Assembly: GCA_033844885.1 (NCBI GenBank)
Contig: JAJLJK010000122.1
Location: 1-24,000, forward strand
Direction: 5' to 3'
From: Bacteroidota bacterium
GTDB lineage: Bacteria; Bacteroidota; Bacteroidia; Flavobacteriales; Schleiferiaceae
Length of the DNA stretch: 24,000 nucleotides
This document shows, in pieces, positions 1-8,686 of this stretch (position 1 is its first letter; the number at the start of each line of letters is the position of its first letter). A program made the translations under genes and the position numbers. The notes under the pieces are model-generated. The model worked only from the letters and a program-made list of their open reading frames with translations. It was not told where the DNA came from and ran no database searches.

Positions 1-15
1 CGAGAAATTATCCTG

Positions 16-44
16 GGGTAGCCATCATATATCTACCCTTTTTT
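16..44 (+). terminator. Putative rho-independent terminator of an upstream + strand gene lying off the left edge
   Basis: GGGTAG (16-21) pairs with CTACCC (33-38), giving a 6-bp stem and an 11-nt loop, followed directly by TTTTTT (39-44). The frame open from base 1 ends at TAG 19-21. The stem is short, so this is tentative. Confidence 0.35.
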
Positions 45-92
45 CAGCGATTTGGGTTTCCTATCTTTAATAGACTGAACAATCTGAAGCAT

Positions 93-2291
93 GTGAAGAA
101 CCGATACCTGGGTTTCCTTCTGGTCTTGTTCATGGCTCTTACCGGAACCATGAAGGCTGCTCACTTGGTGGGTGGCGAGATCAGCTATGAATATCTAGGT
201 AATGATGAGTACGAGATCACCCTCAAGATCTACCGTGACTGTAATAGTACTGGTGCACCTTTCGATTTTCAGGCCGCAGTCACCATTTTTGAGGGAGACG
301 GTACTCAATTCAGAAATATTTTGGTGGGTCATGGACCGATCAATACCCTGCCGAATTCCGTCAGTAATCCCTGTAAAGTAGCACCTCCCACGGCCTGTGT
401 GGAATATACCATTTACACCACCTATCAGATCCTTCCACCCAACTCCACAGGATATGTGATCACTCACCAAAGGTGTTGCAGGAATAACACGATCAATAAT
501 ATCCCACAACCCGGGCAATGGGGAAATACCTATACTGTAATTATCCCCCCGAACAATATTCGGACAGGAAACTCAAGTCCTGTATTCCAAAGCCTACCTC
601 CCATCACCCTTTGCTTAAATGACAGTTTCTATTTTGACCATTCTGCTCTCGAATTGGATGGAGATTCTTTGTTCTATGAACTTTGTGACCCATTGCACGG
701 GGGTGGTCAGGGTGGTGGTGGCTCAGGGCCGAATACTCCTGCACCCAATCCGGCTTCACCTCCTCCATACACCCAGGTTCCATTCCTAATTCCCTACACC
801 CCTACCAACCCGCTTCCATCAAATCCAGGGCTTCAGATCGACCCTGCTACTGGAATGCTGACCGGAAAACCCACTGGGTTGGGACAATTTGTCTTTGCCG
901 TCTGTGTGAGCGAATATGATGCGAATGGAAATTTCCTCAGCAAGGTCATGAGGGATTATCAGTTCAATGTCACCAGCTGCGTGGATAAATACATTTCCAG
1001 GATCGTGCCTCAACCCCAAAGACCTGATACCTATTGCAAGGGATTGAGGATCGAATTTTGGGAGAGTTCCATTAGTGGCACCTCCTTTTGGTGGGATTTC
1101 GGGGATAACTCGACTACTTCGGATACCAGCCGAATGAGAAGGCCCACTTACACGTTTCCACAACCGGGAACCTACACCATCACGCTGGTGATCCAACCTC
1201 ATACTCCCTGCGCGGATACAACCACCACAGATTATGAGTTGAGATATCCAGTGAACGGTGAATTCACCGTATCCGGCAACCTTTGCTTCGATCAACACCA
1301 GATCTTACTGACACCTGTGAACCCACAAGACCCTGAAGCTACCTACTCGTGGAATTTTGGACCGGCAGCCAGTGTTACCTCCTCAAGTAGCTATATGCCT
1401 CCTCCTATTACCTATTCCAATCGAGGTCCACATATTGTCTCTCTTCAGGTAAACTCTCCAAGATGTAATGATATCCACTTCGATACGATCCTTTTGGGCG
1501 ATCCTCCCATTGCCGATTTTGATGTAAGCATATTGGAAGGTTGTGATCCCACAACGGTGGATTTCAGTAATCTATCAACCACATACAGTAAGGCAACCTT
1601 TTTTTGGGATTTTGGAGATGGAAACTCCTCTTCAGGAACCTCTCCAACCCATACTTATTCCCAACCGGGGTTGTACACGGTGAAATTGAAGGTCACCCAG
1701 ATCGAGGGTTGTTTGGCGGAGGACGAGATGATCAAAACGGCCTTGATCCGGATCAATCCTACCCCGGTAGCGGACCTTACGGTAGATAAGACCCGATCGG
1801 ACATCTTCAATGCTCGATTCAATTTTTCATTTCCAGCGGCAAGACACAATAGCTATTCCAGATTGGAGACAGGGGACGGACGATCCTATGAGGATCAAAG
1901 CTTTGTTACCCACTACTATCGAGACACGGGCACCTACGAGGTCACGGGTTACGTTGAGAATCAATTCGGCTGCTCAGATACAACAAGTCTTGTGATCCGA
2001 GTGGATCCAGTGGTTCAGGCCTTTGTTCCAAACACCTTCACCCCTGATGGAGATGGTTTGAATGACATCCTTATGCCGGCCATTACCGGAACCATGGACT
2101 ATCATTTTTCGATCTACAATCGATGGGGAGTGGAGGTTTTCTCGACCCAGGATCCTTATGTCGGGTGGAATGGACTATTCAGAAATACAGGGGAGGTACA
2201 ACCCTCTGGAGTATACTCCTACATCATCAATATTCGCGGGATCAATGAAAAGATCCTCAACCTGAACGGGGTGATCCACCTCATCCGCTAG
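93..2291 (+). CDS. Secreted PKD-repeat protein with a type B T9SS (gliding-motility, CHU_C-type) C-terminal sorting domain; likely a cell-surface adhesin
   Basis: GTG start at 93 (the ATG at 91 runs straight into TGA). Signal peptide MKNRYLGFLLVLFMALTGTMKA. Cys-containing N-terminal domain (AHLVGGEISYEY...YRDC). Gly/Pro linker GGGQGGGGSGPNTPAPNPASPPP. Four PKD-like repeats (FWWDFGDNS...GTYTITLV, YSWNFGPAA...GPHIVSLQV, FFWDFGDGNS...GLYTVKLKV, RLETGDGRS...GTYEVTGYV). The C-terminus FVPNTFTPDGDGLNDILMP...YNRWG...GWNG matches my recollection of the type B sorting domain. Confidence 0.88.
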   Translation: MKNRYLGFLLVLFMALTGTMKAAHLVGGEISYEYLGNDEYEITLKIYRDCNSTGAPFDFQAAVTIFEGDGTQFRNILVGHGPINTLPNSVSNPCKVAPPTACVEYTIYTTYQILPPNSTGYVITHQRCCRNNTINNIPQPGQWGNTYTVIIPPNNIRTGNSSPVFQSLPPITLCLNDSFYFDHSALELDGDSLFYELCDPLHGGGQGGGGSGPNTPAPNPASPPPYTQVPFLIPYTPTNPLPSNPGLQIDPATGMLTGKPTGLGQFVFAVCVSEYDANGNFLSKVMRDYQFNVTSCVDKYISRIVPQPQRPDTYCKGLRIEFWESSISGTSFWWDFGDNSTTSDTSRMRRPTYTFPQPGTYTITLVIQPHTPCADTTTTDYELRYPVNGEFTVSGNLCFDQHQILLTPVNPQDPEATYSWNFGPAASVTSSSSYMPPPITYSNRGPHIVSLQVNSPRCNDIHFDTILLGDPPIADFDVSILEGCDPTTVDFSNLSTTYSKATFFWDFGDGNSSSGTSPTHTYSQPGLYTVKLKVTQIEGCLAEDEMIKTALIRINPTPVADLTVDKTRSDIFNARFNFSFPAARHNSYSRLETGDGRSYEDQSFVTHYYRDTGTYEVTGYVENQFGCSDTTSLVIRVDPVVQAFVPNTFTPDGDGLNDILMPAITGTMDYHFSIYNRWGVEVFSTQDPYVGWNGLFRNTGEVQPSGVYSYIINIRGINEKILNLNGVIHLIR

Positions 2292-2665
2292 GAGGGGTTT
2301 CCCAGTATCTTCCAAATGATCAAAAGAGAGATCAGCACACTCGCCGTGATATTGAAAATGGCGATCCAGGGGTATCCTGATCTTATGAAGTGAAAGGTTT
2401 CGTAACCAAAAGTGGAAAAGGTACTGAACCCTCCACAGAAACCGATCATGATCAAGGCCTTCAATGGATCTGAAAGAGAGGCTTTCTCGGTGGCATACCA
2501 AAGGGTTGCAGCAAGAATTCCGCTAGCGAACATATTACTGGTAAAGGTGGCCAATGCTGGGGCTATGATGGATTGAGGCCAACGACCAATGATCCATTGT
2601 CCGATCCCGAACCGAAGCATACTTCCCAATCCCCCGCCAATAAAGACCATCAGGAATTTCAGCAT
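2288..2665 (-). CDS. crcB: Fluoride ion channel CrcB/FluC
   Basis: From the ATG at 2665 the protein reads MLKFLMVFIGGGLGSMLRFG...TFTSNMFASG...GFCGGFSTFSTF, which are typical CrcB motifs, and is about 125 aa. The longer ORF-track start (2776) would overlap the PAP2 gene by about 100 nt and adds non-CrcB sequence. Confidence 0.9.
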   Translation of the reverse strand: MLKFLMVFIGGGLGSMLRFGIGQWIIGRWPQSIIAPALATFTSNMFASGILAATLWYATEKASLSDPLKALIMIGFCGGFSTFSTFGYETFHFIRSGYPWIAIFNITASVLISLLIIWKILGNPS

Positions 2666-2669
2666 ATCA

Positions 2670-3239
2670 TCAATCTTGTATCCATCCGCGGTAACGCGCA
2701 TATCGAGCCAAAGATCCACCGACCAGGGCACCGAAAATTGCTCCCACCAAGATATCAAATGGATAATGAACCCCAAGGTAAACTCGACTGTAGGATACCA
2801 GACAGGCCCATAATATCAGTACACCCCTTAACCACGGGATACTTCGGGAGAAAATCGCCCCGACCAGGGTCGCAAACCCGAAAGTGTTGGAAGCATGTGA
2901 GGAAATGAATCCGTATTGACCACCACAGAACTCCTTTACCTGACGGATCATCGGAAGAAGTTCTTCGTTATAGCATGGCCTGGGCCTTTGGAAAATCTCC
3001 TTGAAAAGGTGAACACTACCCTGGTCAGTTAGGATCACACCAATGACACAAAGGGCCACGAGCAGGATTGCTCTCACAAGATCAAATTTTCGGAACAGTA
3101 AGATGACCACCGCCAGATATAGCGGGATCCAAACGGTCGTTGAGGAAATGGCCAAGAAGAAAGGATCCAGTGAAGGTATTCCCCATGAATTGAGGGTGAC
3201 CATCAATGCTTCGTCCCAACTTTGCAAGGTTTCCATCAC
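2670..3239 (-). CDS. PAP2-family phosphatase (phosphatidic acid / undecaprenyl-diphosphate phosphatase type)
   Basis: Carries the three acid-phosphatase motifs [14 protein letters not shown] and [12 protein letters not shown] within a polytopic membrane protein. The start is either GTG 3239 or ATG 3236; both overlap the obg stop (GTGATG context). Confidence 0.85.
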   Translation of the reverse strand: MMETLQSWDEALMVTLNSWGIPSLDPFFLAISSTTVWIPLYLAVVILLFRKFDLVRAILLVALCVIGVILTDQGSVHLFKEIFQRPRPCYNEELLPMIRQVKEFCGGQYGFISSHASNTFGFATLVGAIFSRSIPWLRGVLILWACLVSYSRVYLGVHYPFDILVGAIFGALVGGSLARYARYRGWIQD

Positions 3240-4237
3240 TCAGCCGGTCGGTTGATCATCATCCAAAGTTTGTCTTTCAACTCCTGAAGGCCCATTTGAG
3301 CCACCGATGAAATGAATAGGTGGTCGATCCCCTTTGGAAGAACTTCGCGGATCTCCGCTTTGAGTTCCTCATCCAAAAGGTCAGACTTTGAAATGGCCAA
3401 AAAACGATCCTTATCCAACAGCTCTGGGTTGTATTTCTCCAACTCGCCGAGGAGGATGGAATATTGCTCACCAATGTCATCTGCATCAGCAGGAATGAGG
3501 AATAATAGGACCGAATTTCTTTCGATATGCCTTAAGAATCTATGTCCAAGTCCTTTTCCCTCACTTGCTCCCTCGATGATCCCAGGAATGTCGGCCACTA
3601 CGAAAGATTGGTACTCCCGGTAGGGAACGATCCCTAGGTTGGGCTTCAAGGTGGTGAACGGGTAATCGGCGATCTCTGGTTTAGCCGCTGTGATCACAGA
3701 TAGAAGAGTGGATTTCCCTGCATTTGGAAATCCTACCAGACCGACATCCGCCAAAATCTTGAGTTCCAATATCCTCCAGCCTTCTTCCGATGGCTCACCT
3801 GGTTGGGCAAATCGGGGAGTTTGGAATGTAGAGGATTTAAAATGAGTGTTTCCAAGTCCACCTCTACCGCCTTTCATCAGGATCTTCTCTTCCCCATCCT
3901 GGGTGATCTCAAAGATCACCTCGCCAGTCTCGGCATCTTTGGCTACCGTTCCCAGTGGGACTTCCAGGATCTCATCCTGGCCATCTGCACCCGTTCGTTG
4001 GTTCTGTCCACCGTTATGGCCGGCTTCTGCCTTGACGTGCTTCCGGTACTTGAGGTGAAGCAAGGTCCACATCTGGGCATTCCCTCGAAGGATCACGTGG
4101 CCGCCTCGTCCTCCGTCACCCCCATCAGGGCCTCCTTTCGCATTGTAACGGGTCCGGAGAAGGTGAGGTGATCCAGCACCCCCCTTTCCACTTTTACAAT
4201 GGATCTTTACGTAATCTATGAAGTTGGGACTACCCAT
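3236..4237 (-). CDS. obg: GTPase Obg/CgtA
   Basis: N-terminal Obg fold with a glycine-rich stretch ([18 protein letters not shown]). G1 motif [10 protein letters not shown]3 motif DIPGIIEGA and an SKSD G4-like motif. 333 aa. Confidence 0.95.
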   Translation of the reverse strand: MGSPNFIDYVKIHCKSGKGGAGSPHLLRTRYNAKGGPDGGDGGRGGHVILRGNAQMWTLLHLKYRKHVKAEAGHNGGQNQRTGADGQDEILEVPLGTVAKDAETGEVIFEITQDGEEKILMKGGRGGLGNTHFKSSTFQTPRFAQPGEPSEEGWRILELKILADVGLVGFPNAGKSTLLSVITAAKPEIADYPFTTLKPNLGIVPYREYQSFVVADIPGIIEGASEGKGLGHRFLRHIERNSVLLFLIPADADDIGEQYSILLGELEKYNPELLDKDRFLAISKSDLLDEELKAEIREVLPKGIDHLFISSVAQMGLQELKDKLWMMINRPAE

Positions 4238-4244
4238 GTTCTGA

Positions 4245-4820
4245 TCAAGCTATGGAGTGAATGGCATTCACCAGACGTTCGGTGATATCATCGATCGCAC
4301 CTACGCCATCGATTCCGATGTATTTATCCTGGCGCTCATAGTATGCCTTTACCGGAGCGGTTTCTCGGTTGTAGACCGAGATCCTGTTATTGATGATGTT
4401 CTCATCTGCATCATCACTTCTACCGCTTACTTTGGCACGCTCTTTTAGACGTTGGCGAAGTTCATCTTCAGGAACCTCCAATGCCAGCATAGCAGAGACA
4501 GAGGTATTCAATCCCCCAAGCATCTCATCCAGGGCTTGAGCCTGTGCATTGGTTCTGGGAAAACCATCAAAGATGAACCCTTTGGCTTCGGGATGCCCCT
4601 TCACCTCGGCATTGAGCATTCCTATGGTCACCTCATCCGGCACCAACTGCCCCTTATCAATGTAGCTCTTTGCAGTTTGACCAAGCTCGGTGTTGTTTTT
4701 GATATTATATCGGAATATGTCTCCGGTCGAAAGGTGGACTAGATCGAAGCGCTCGATGAGCCGTTCACTTTGGGTTCCCTTGCCAGCCCCAGGAGGGCCA
4801 AATAGGACGATATTCAACAT
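4245..4820 (-). CDS. adk: Adenylate kinase (short-LID type)
   Basis: [22 protein letters not shown]-loop, an AMP-binding region (LSTGDIFR) and GFILDGFPRT-like FIFDGFPRT. 191 aa. Its stop lies 7 nt before the obg start. Confidence 0.95.
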   Translation of the reverse strand: MLNIVLFGPPGAGKGTQSERLIERFDLVHLSTGDIFRYNIKNNTELGQTAKSYIDKGQLVPDEVTIGMLNAEVKGHPEAKGFIFDGFPRTNAQAQALDEMLGGLNTSVSAMLALEVPEDELRQRLKERAKVSGRSDDADENIINNRISVYNRETAPVKAYYERQDKYIGIDGVGAIDDITERLVNAIHSIA

Positions 4821-4963
4821 GGAAAAGTGGTTTAAATAAGGGTTGCGAAGATAGTCAATCCGCTGCTAGTAACGGTGGATTATGCCTTTTTCCAAATCAG
4901 AAGCCAAAGAGACACAGGATGTTTCGAAAGTGGTATCCATTCTTATTTCCGGTTGGGAATGCT

Positions 4964-4971
4964 TAGTTTTG
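4964..4971 (+). promoter_or_regulatory. Candidate Bacteroidota -7 promoter box (TAnnTTTG) for manC
   Basis: Exact match TAGTTTTG, 21 nt upstream of the ATG at 4992. No convincing -33 TTTG at the canonical spacing. Confidence 0.35.
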
Positions 4972-4991
4972 CCGTGCTTTCATTCGACGAA

Positions 4992-6071
4992 ATGAGTACA
5001 ACGTATGCCCTTATCATGGCTGGCGGAATCGGGAGCCGCTTTTGGCCCATGAGCACACCTCGCCATCCCAAGCAATTCCTAGATATTCTTGGAACAGGAA
5101 GAACCCTTCTTCAACAGACCTATGATCGGATGTCTAGGGTCACCTCTCCTGAGAATATCATGGTTGCCACCCACTCCCAATACAAGGATCTGGTCATGGA
5201 TCAACTCCCTGATCTTCCGGAAGGGAACATCCTGCTTGAGCCGGCCAGGAGGAATACCGCTCCATGCATCGCCTATGCTTCGATAAAGATCCACAAGATG
5301 AAACCCGGGTCAAGCATTGTCGTTACTCCCGCGGATCACCTCATCACAGAAGAAGACGATTTTGCGAAGCAAGTAGAGGTCGCCATCAAGCATACCATGG
5401 AGAATAACCATCTCATCACACTTGGTGTAAAACCCCTTCGCCCGGAAACCGGGTATGGATATATACAATTCAAGGATGGGGATGAAAACGAACCCATCAA
5501 AAAGGTCAAGACCTTTACAGAGAAACCCGACCTTGATTTAGCCAGGGAATTCATTGAAAGTGGAGAGTTTCTCTGGAATTCAGGGATCTTCATTTGGAAC
5601 ACGAATGCCATCCTGAATGCCTTCGAAAAGCATCAGCCTGACCTTTACCAAAACCTCATTGAAGGTTGGGATCTCTACAATACGGATGGCGAGCAGTCCT
5701 TCATCGACAAGAGCTATCCATCCTCCGATAACATCTCAGTTGATTACGGGATCCTTGAACGGTCCAAAAGTGTCTATGTCCTTCCGGTTTCCTTTGGATG
5801 GAGTGACCTGGGAACCTGGGGTTCTGTCTATCAGGAAATGAAAAAGGATGACCATGAGAATGCCATTCAAAGCAAACGGATCCTGGTCAATGAATCCCTT
5901 AATAACATCATCTCTTTGGATAAGGGAAAAACAGCCATTATCAGTGGGCTGGATGGTTATATCGTAATCGCGGAAGGAAATCGACTATTGATATGTCCCA
6001 GGGAGGAGGAACAACAGATCAAGAGCTTTGTCAATGATCTGAAAATTAGTCTGGGCGAAGAGGATATTTGA
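4992..6071 (+). CDS. manC: Mannose-1-phosphate guanylyltransferase
   Basis: From the ATG at 4992 the protein reads MSTTYALIMAGGIGSRFWPMSTPRHPKQFL, the nucleotidyltransferase GGxGxRxWPxS signature. About 360 aa. The ORF-track GTG start at 4875 adds 39 residues unrelated to the family and lies upstream of the candidate promoter box. Confidence 0.9.
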   Translation: MSTTYALIMAGGIGSRFWPMSTPRHPKQFLDILGTGRTLLQQTYDRMSRVTSPENIMVATHSQYKDLVMDQLPDLPEGNILLEPARRNTAPCIAYASIKIHKMKPGSSIVVTPADHLITEEDDFAKQVEVAIKHTMENNHLITLGVKPLRPETGYGYIQFKDGDENEPIKKVKTFTEKPDLDLAREFIESGEFLWNSGIFIWNTNAILNAFEKHQPDLYQNLIEGWDLYNTDGEQSFIDKSYPSSDNISVDYGILERSKSVYVLPVSFGWSDLGTWGSVYQEMKKDDHENAIQSKRILVNESLNNIISLDKGKTAIISGLDGYIVIAEGNRLLICPREEEQQIKSFVNDLKISLGEEDI

Positions 6072-6111
6072 CCTCACAGGCGTATATTGGTCATATCCCA
6101 ACCTAACGTCC

Positions 6112-7584
6112 ATGGCGAACGAGACCCCTTCTGGCGAGAACGATAAAGAACTCAGAGAAAAACTCCAAAAAGAAGAGGAAAGGGCTCAAAAGAAGGCCCA
6201 GCAACACTCTGCCGGGTTGTGGAGAAGTCTGAAGGATATTCTAAAGACCCGTCTCAGTATCATCGATCTGGCAGATCCTGAATCGACCATTGAGGGTATC
6301 GAAAGGGACGTGGAATTCAAAGGATTCAATGTCTGGATCCTCGTTTTCTCCATTTTCATTGCTTCCATCGGACTGAATGTCAATAGCACTGCTGTAGTCA
6401 TTGGAGCGATGTTGATCTCCCCCTTGATGGGACCGATCATGGGTATGGGTCTCAGTATTGGGATCAATGATTGGAGTCTATTGCGGAAATCCCTAAAAAG
6501 TCTTGGTGTGGCCGTAGGGATGGCCCTTGCTACCTCCACCATTTACTTTTTGCTGACTCCTTTGACCGACGCATCATTGGAGTTGGTTGCCCGGACAAAA
6601 CCCACCCTTCTGGACGTATTTGTAGCCTTCTTCGGAGGTCTTGCAGGCATCATGGCTGGATCTCGAAAAGAGAAGAGTAATGTGATCCCCGGGGTCGCCA
6701 TTGCCACCGCATTGATGCCCCCATTGTGTACGGCGGGCTATGGATTGGCGTCCTTACAGATGGAATATTTCTTGGGAGCATTCTATCTCTTTATCATCAA
6801 CACGTTCTTTATCGGATTGAGTACCGTTCTTGTCGTGCGATACCTCAAATTCCCTGTGAAATCATTCGTGGACCATGCCACTGAACTGAAAGCCCGGAGA
6901 TACACTCTGATCACCACCTTGATCATCATGATCCCAAGTGGATTCCTCTTCTACTCTGTGGTGAAGGAGACCATTTTCTACCAGCGGGCCAATGCGTTTC
7001 TGAAAGAAGAGGTTCGTTACGAGGGCTGCGAGATAGTCAAGAAAGAGATCCTTGCAACAGATAGTATCAACACCATCTCGGTGGTCATGCTTGGTGAGGA
7101 GATCCCGGAAAAGGTCATTCGAGGATGGGAGGCAAAACTTTCGACATACAAATTAGCGGACACCAAATTACGGGTCATGCAGATCATGTCCGGAAATGCC
7201 ACGAGCGATGAAATGAACCAGCTGGTAGAGATGTTCAGCTCAAGTCAAAAAGACCTCTTAACAAAGGACGAGACCATCCGTGTATTGGAAGATCGCCTTC
7301 GAGGATACCAAAGAACCGATATCCCTCCTTCGCTTTTAGAGGAGCTGCAAGTTCAGTATCCAGGTATTGCCAAGGTTGAGATCGGTAATCTCCTGAGTTC
7401 CGATTTCAACTCGACAGACACGGTACTACTCGCTCTGATCTCATGGCAACCTGATCAGGATACCGCAGCCATGAGAGCAGAAAGAGAACGGTTGGAAAAA
7501 TGGTTGAAGATCCGACTAAAGAATCAGCATCTCTTTATCCGAAACAGTGTACTTTCTGCAGAAACCGGCCCCATCGATAAATAA
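6112..7584 (+). CDS. DUF389-family integral membrane protein with a C-terminal soluble extension
   Basis: Charged N-terminus, then a hydrophobic core with STAVVIGAMLISPLMGPIMGMGLSIG and VIPGVAIATALMPPLCTAGYG, recalled as DUF389 / TIGR00341-type motifs. The C-terminal 190 aa or so are hydrophilic. Confidence 0.7.
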   Translation: MANETPSGENDKELREKLQKEEERAQKKAQQHSAGLWRSLKDILKTRLSIIDLADPESTIEGIERDVEFKGFNVWILVFSIFIASIGLNVNSTAVVIGAMLISPLMGPIMGMGLSIGINDWSLLRKSLKSLGVAVGMALATSTIYFLLTPLTDASLELVARTKPTLLDVFVAFFGGLAGIMAGSRKEKSNVIPGVAIATALMPPLCTAGYGLASLQMEYFLGAFYLFIINTFFIGLSTVLVVRYLKFPVKSFVDHATELKARRYTLITTLIIMIPSGFLFYSVVKETIFYQRANAFLKEEVRYEGCEIVKKEILATDSINTISVVMLGEEIPEKVIRGWEAKLSTYKLADTKLRVMQIMSGNATSDEMNQLVEMFSSSQKDLLTKDETIRVLEDRLRGYQRTDIPPSLLEELQVQYPGIAKVEIGNLLSSDFNSTDTVLLALISWQPDQDTAAMRAERERLEKWLKIRLKNQHLFIRNSVLSAETGPIDK

Positions 7585-7607
7585 AAAAACCCCGATAGAT
7601 CGGGGTT
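7585..7607. terminator. Intrinsic terminator between the convergent DUF389 gene and bioB
   Basis: CCCCGAT (7590-7596) and ATCGGGG (7599-7605) form an inverted repeat. It is preceded on the + strand by an A-run (7585-7589, extending into the DUF389 TAA at 7583-7584), which reads as a T-run after the hairpin on the - strand. It is therefore best as the bioB terminator and a weaker one for the + strand. Confidence 0.7.
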
Positions 7608-7612
7608 AAATA

Positions 7613-8686
7613 TCAAGCCTTTCCTGCCTTTTCCGTGTTTCTTTCTATGGTATGTCCGGGTCGGCTCCACCGAGGTTTTTCGCCTGCGGCCGGGGTCATC
7701 TCCTCCTTTGATCTCGATACAGGCTGAGCCTTATCCACAAAGGGGCCCTTGGGAATGAGACCCAGATTATCAAACATCTTCATGTCCTCATTGATGTCCG
7801 GATTGGGAGTCGTCAGAAGTTTATCGCCTGCAAAAATGGAATTCGCTCCCGCCAAAAAACAAAAGGCCTGGCCTTCTTCAGACATTTGAGTCCTCCCAGC
7901 GGAAAGTCGCACCTGAGTTTTGGGCATTACGATCCGGGTTGTTGCAACCATTCGAACCATTTCCCATATCTCTACGGGTTTTTGCTCCTCCATCGGAGTT
8001 CCTTCCACCGCAACCAGAGCATTGATGGGGACACTTTCGGGTTGTGGATCCATGTTCGCCAGAGTTTCCAGCATTCCACATCGGTCACGAGCGGATTCTC
8101 CCATCCCGATGATCCCTCCAGAACAGACCGTCACTCCTGTCTTCCTAACATTATCGATGGTCTTCAATCTGTCATCGTATCCTCGGGTTGAGATCACCTC
8201 CTTGTAGTAATCTTCAGAGGTGTCGAGATTGTGATTGTAAGCATATAGCCCTGCTTCTTCCAGTCGTTTGGCCTGAGTCTCAGTCAGCATTCCCAGGGTA
8301 CAACACACTTCGAGTCCGGCTTCATTCACACTACGAACCATATCCAAAACCTGTTCGAATTCAGGCCCATCTTTCACGTTTCTCCAAGCTGCACCCATGC
8401 ATAATCTGGAAGATCCAGCCGCCTTGGCGCGAAGGGCCTGAGCTTTGACCTGCTGTACCGTCATTAGATCATTTCCTTCCAGATTGGTGTGATACCTCGC
8501 TGCCTGAGGACAGTATCCACAATCTTCGGGACAACCTCCTGTCTTGATCGAAAGAAGGGTGCTGACCTGAACTTCACGGGCATTGTGATTCGCCCTATGG
8601 ATCGAGGCGGCCTCATAAACGAGGTCCAAAAGGGGTTGATTGTAAATCGCCAATATCTGGTCGGTGGTCCACTTGTCGTTTTCCAT
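7613..8686 (-). CDS. bioB: Biotin synthase (radical SAM)
   Basis: [10 protein letters not shown] radical-SAM CX3CX2C motif. Sequence is BioB-like throughout (LLSIKTGGC..., MGAAWR, CCTLG). The ATG at 8686 directly follows the TGA of the upstream gene (TGAATG). Confidence 0.95.
   Translation of the reverse strand: MENDKWTTDQILAIYNQPLLDLVYEAASIHRANHNAREVQVSTLLSIKTGGCPEDCGYCPQAARYHTNLEGNDLMTVQQVKAQALRAKAAGSSRLCMGAAWRNVKDGPEFEQVLDMVRSVNEAGLEVCCTLGMLTETQAKRLEEAGLYAYNHNLDTSEDYYKEVISTRGYDDRLKTIDNVRKTGVTVCSGGIIGMGESARDRCGMLETLANMDPQPESVPINALVAVEGTPMEEQKPVEIWEMVRMVATTRIVMPKTQVRLSAGRTQMSEEGQAFCFLAGANSIFAGDKLLTTPNPDINEDMKMFDNLGLIPKGPFVDKAQPVSRSKEEMTPAAGEKPRWSRPGHTIERNTEKAGKA

Noticed and set aside
2666-2776. 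An N-terminal extension of the crcB ORF (track start 2776).
   Set aside because: It would overlap the PAP2 gene by more than 100 nt and adds residues unlike CrcB. The ATG at 2665 gives the conserved MLKFL...GGGLGSMLR start, 4 nt after the PAP2 stop.
4875-4991. An N-terminal extension of the manC ORF from a GTG at 4875.
   Set aside because: The nucleotidyltransferase glycine-rich motif begins right after the ATG at 4992. The extension has no homology features and would contain the candidate promoter box.
7613-7720. The basic C-terminal tail of BioB (…[39 protein letters not shown]), considered as a possible fused peptide or frameshift.
   Set aside because: BioB proteins commonly have variable C-terminal tails. 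The frame is continuous and ends just before a good terminator, with no sign of a frameshift.
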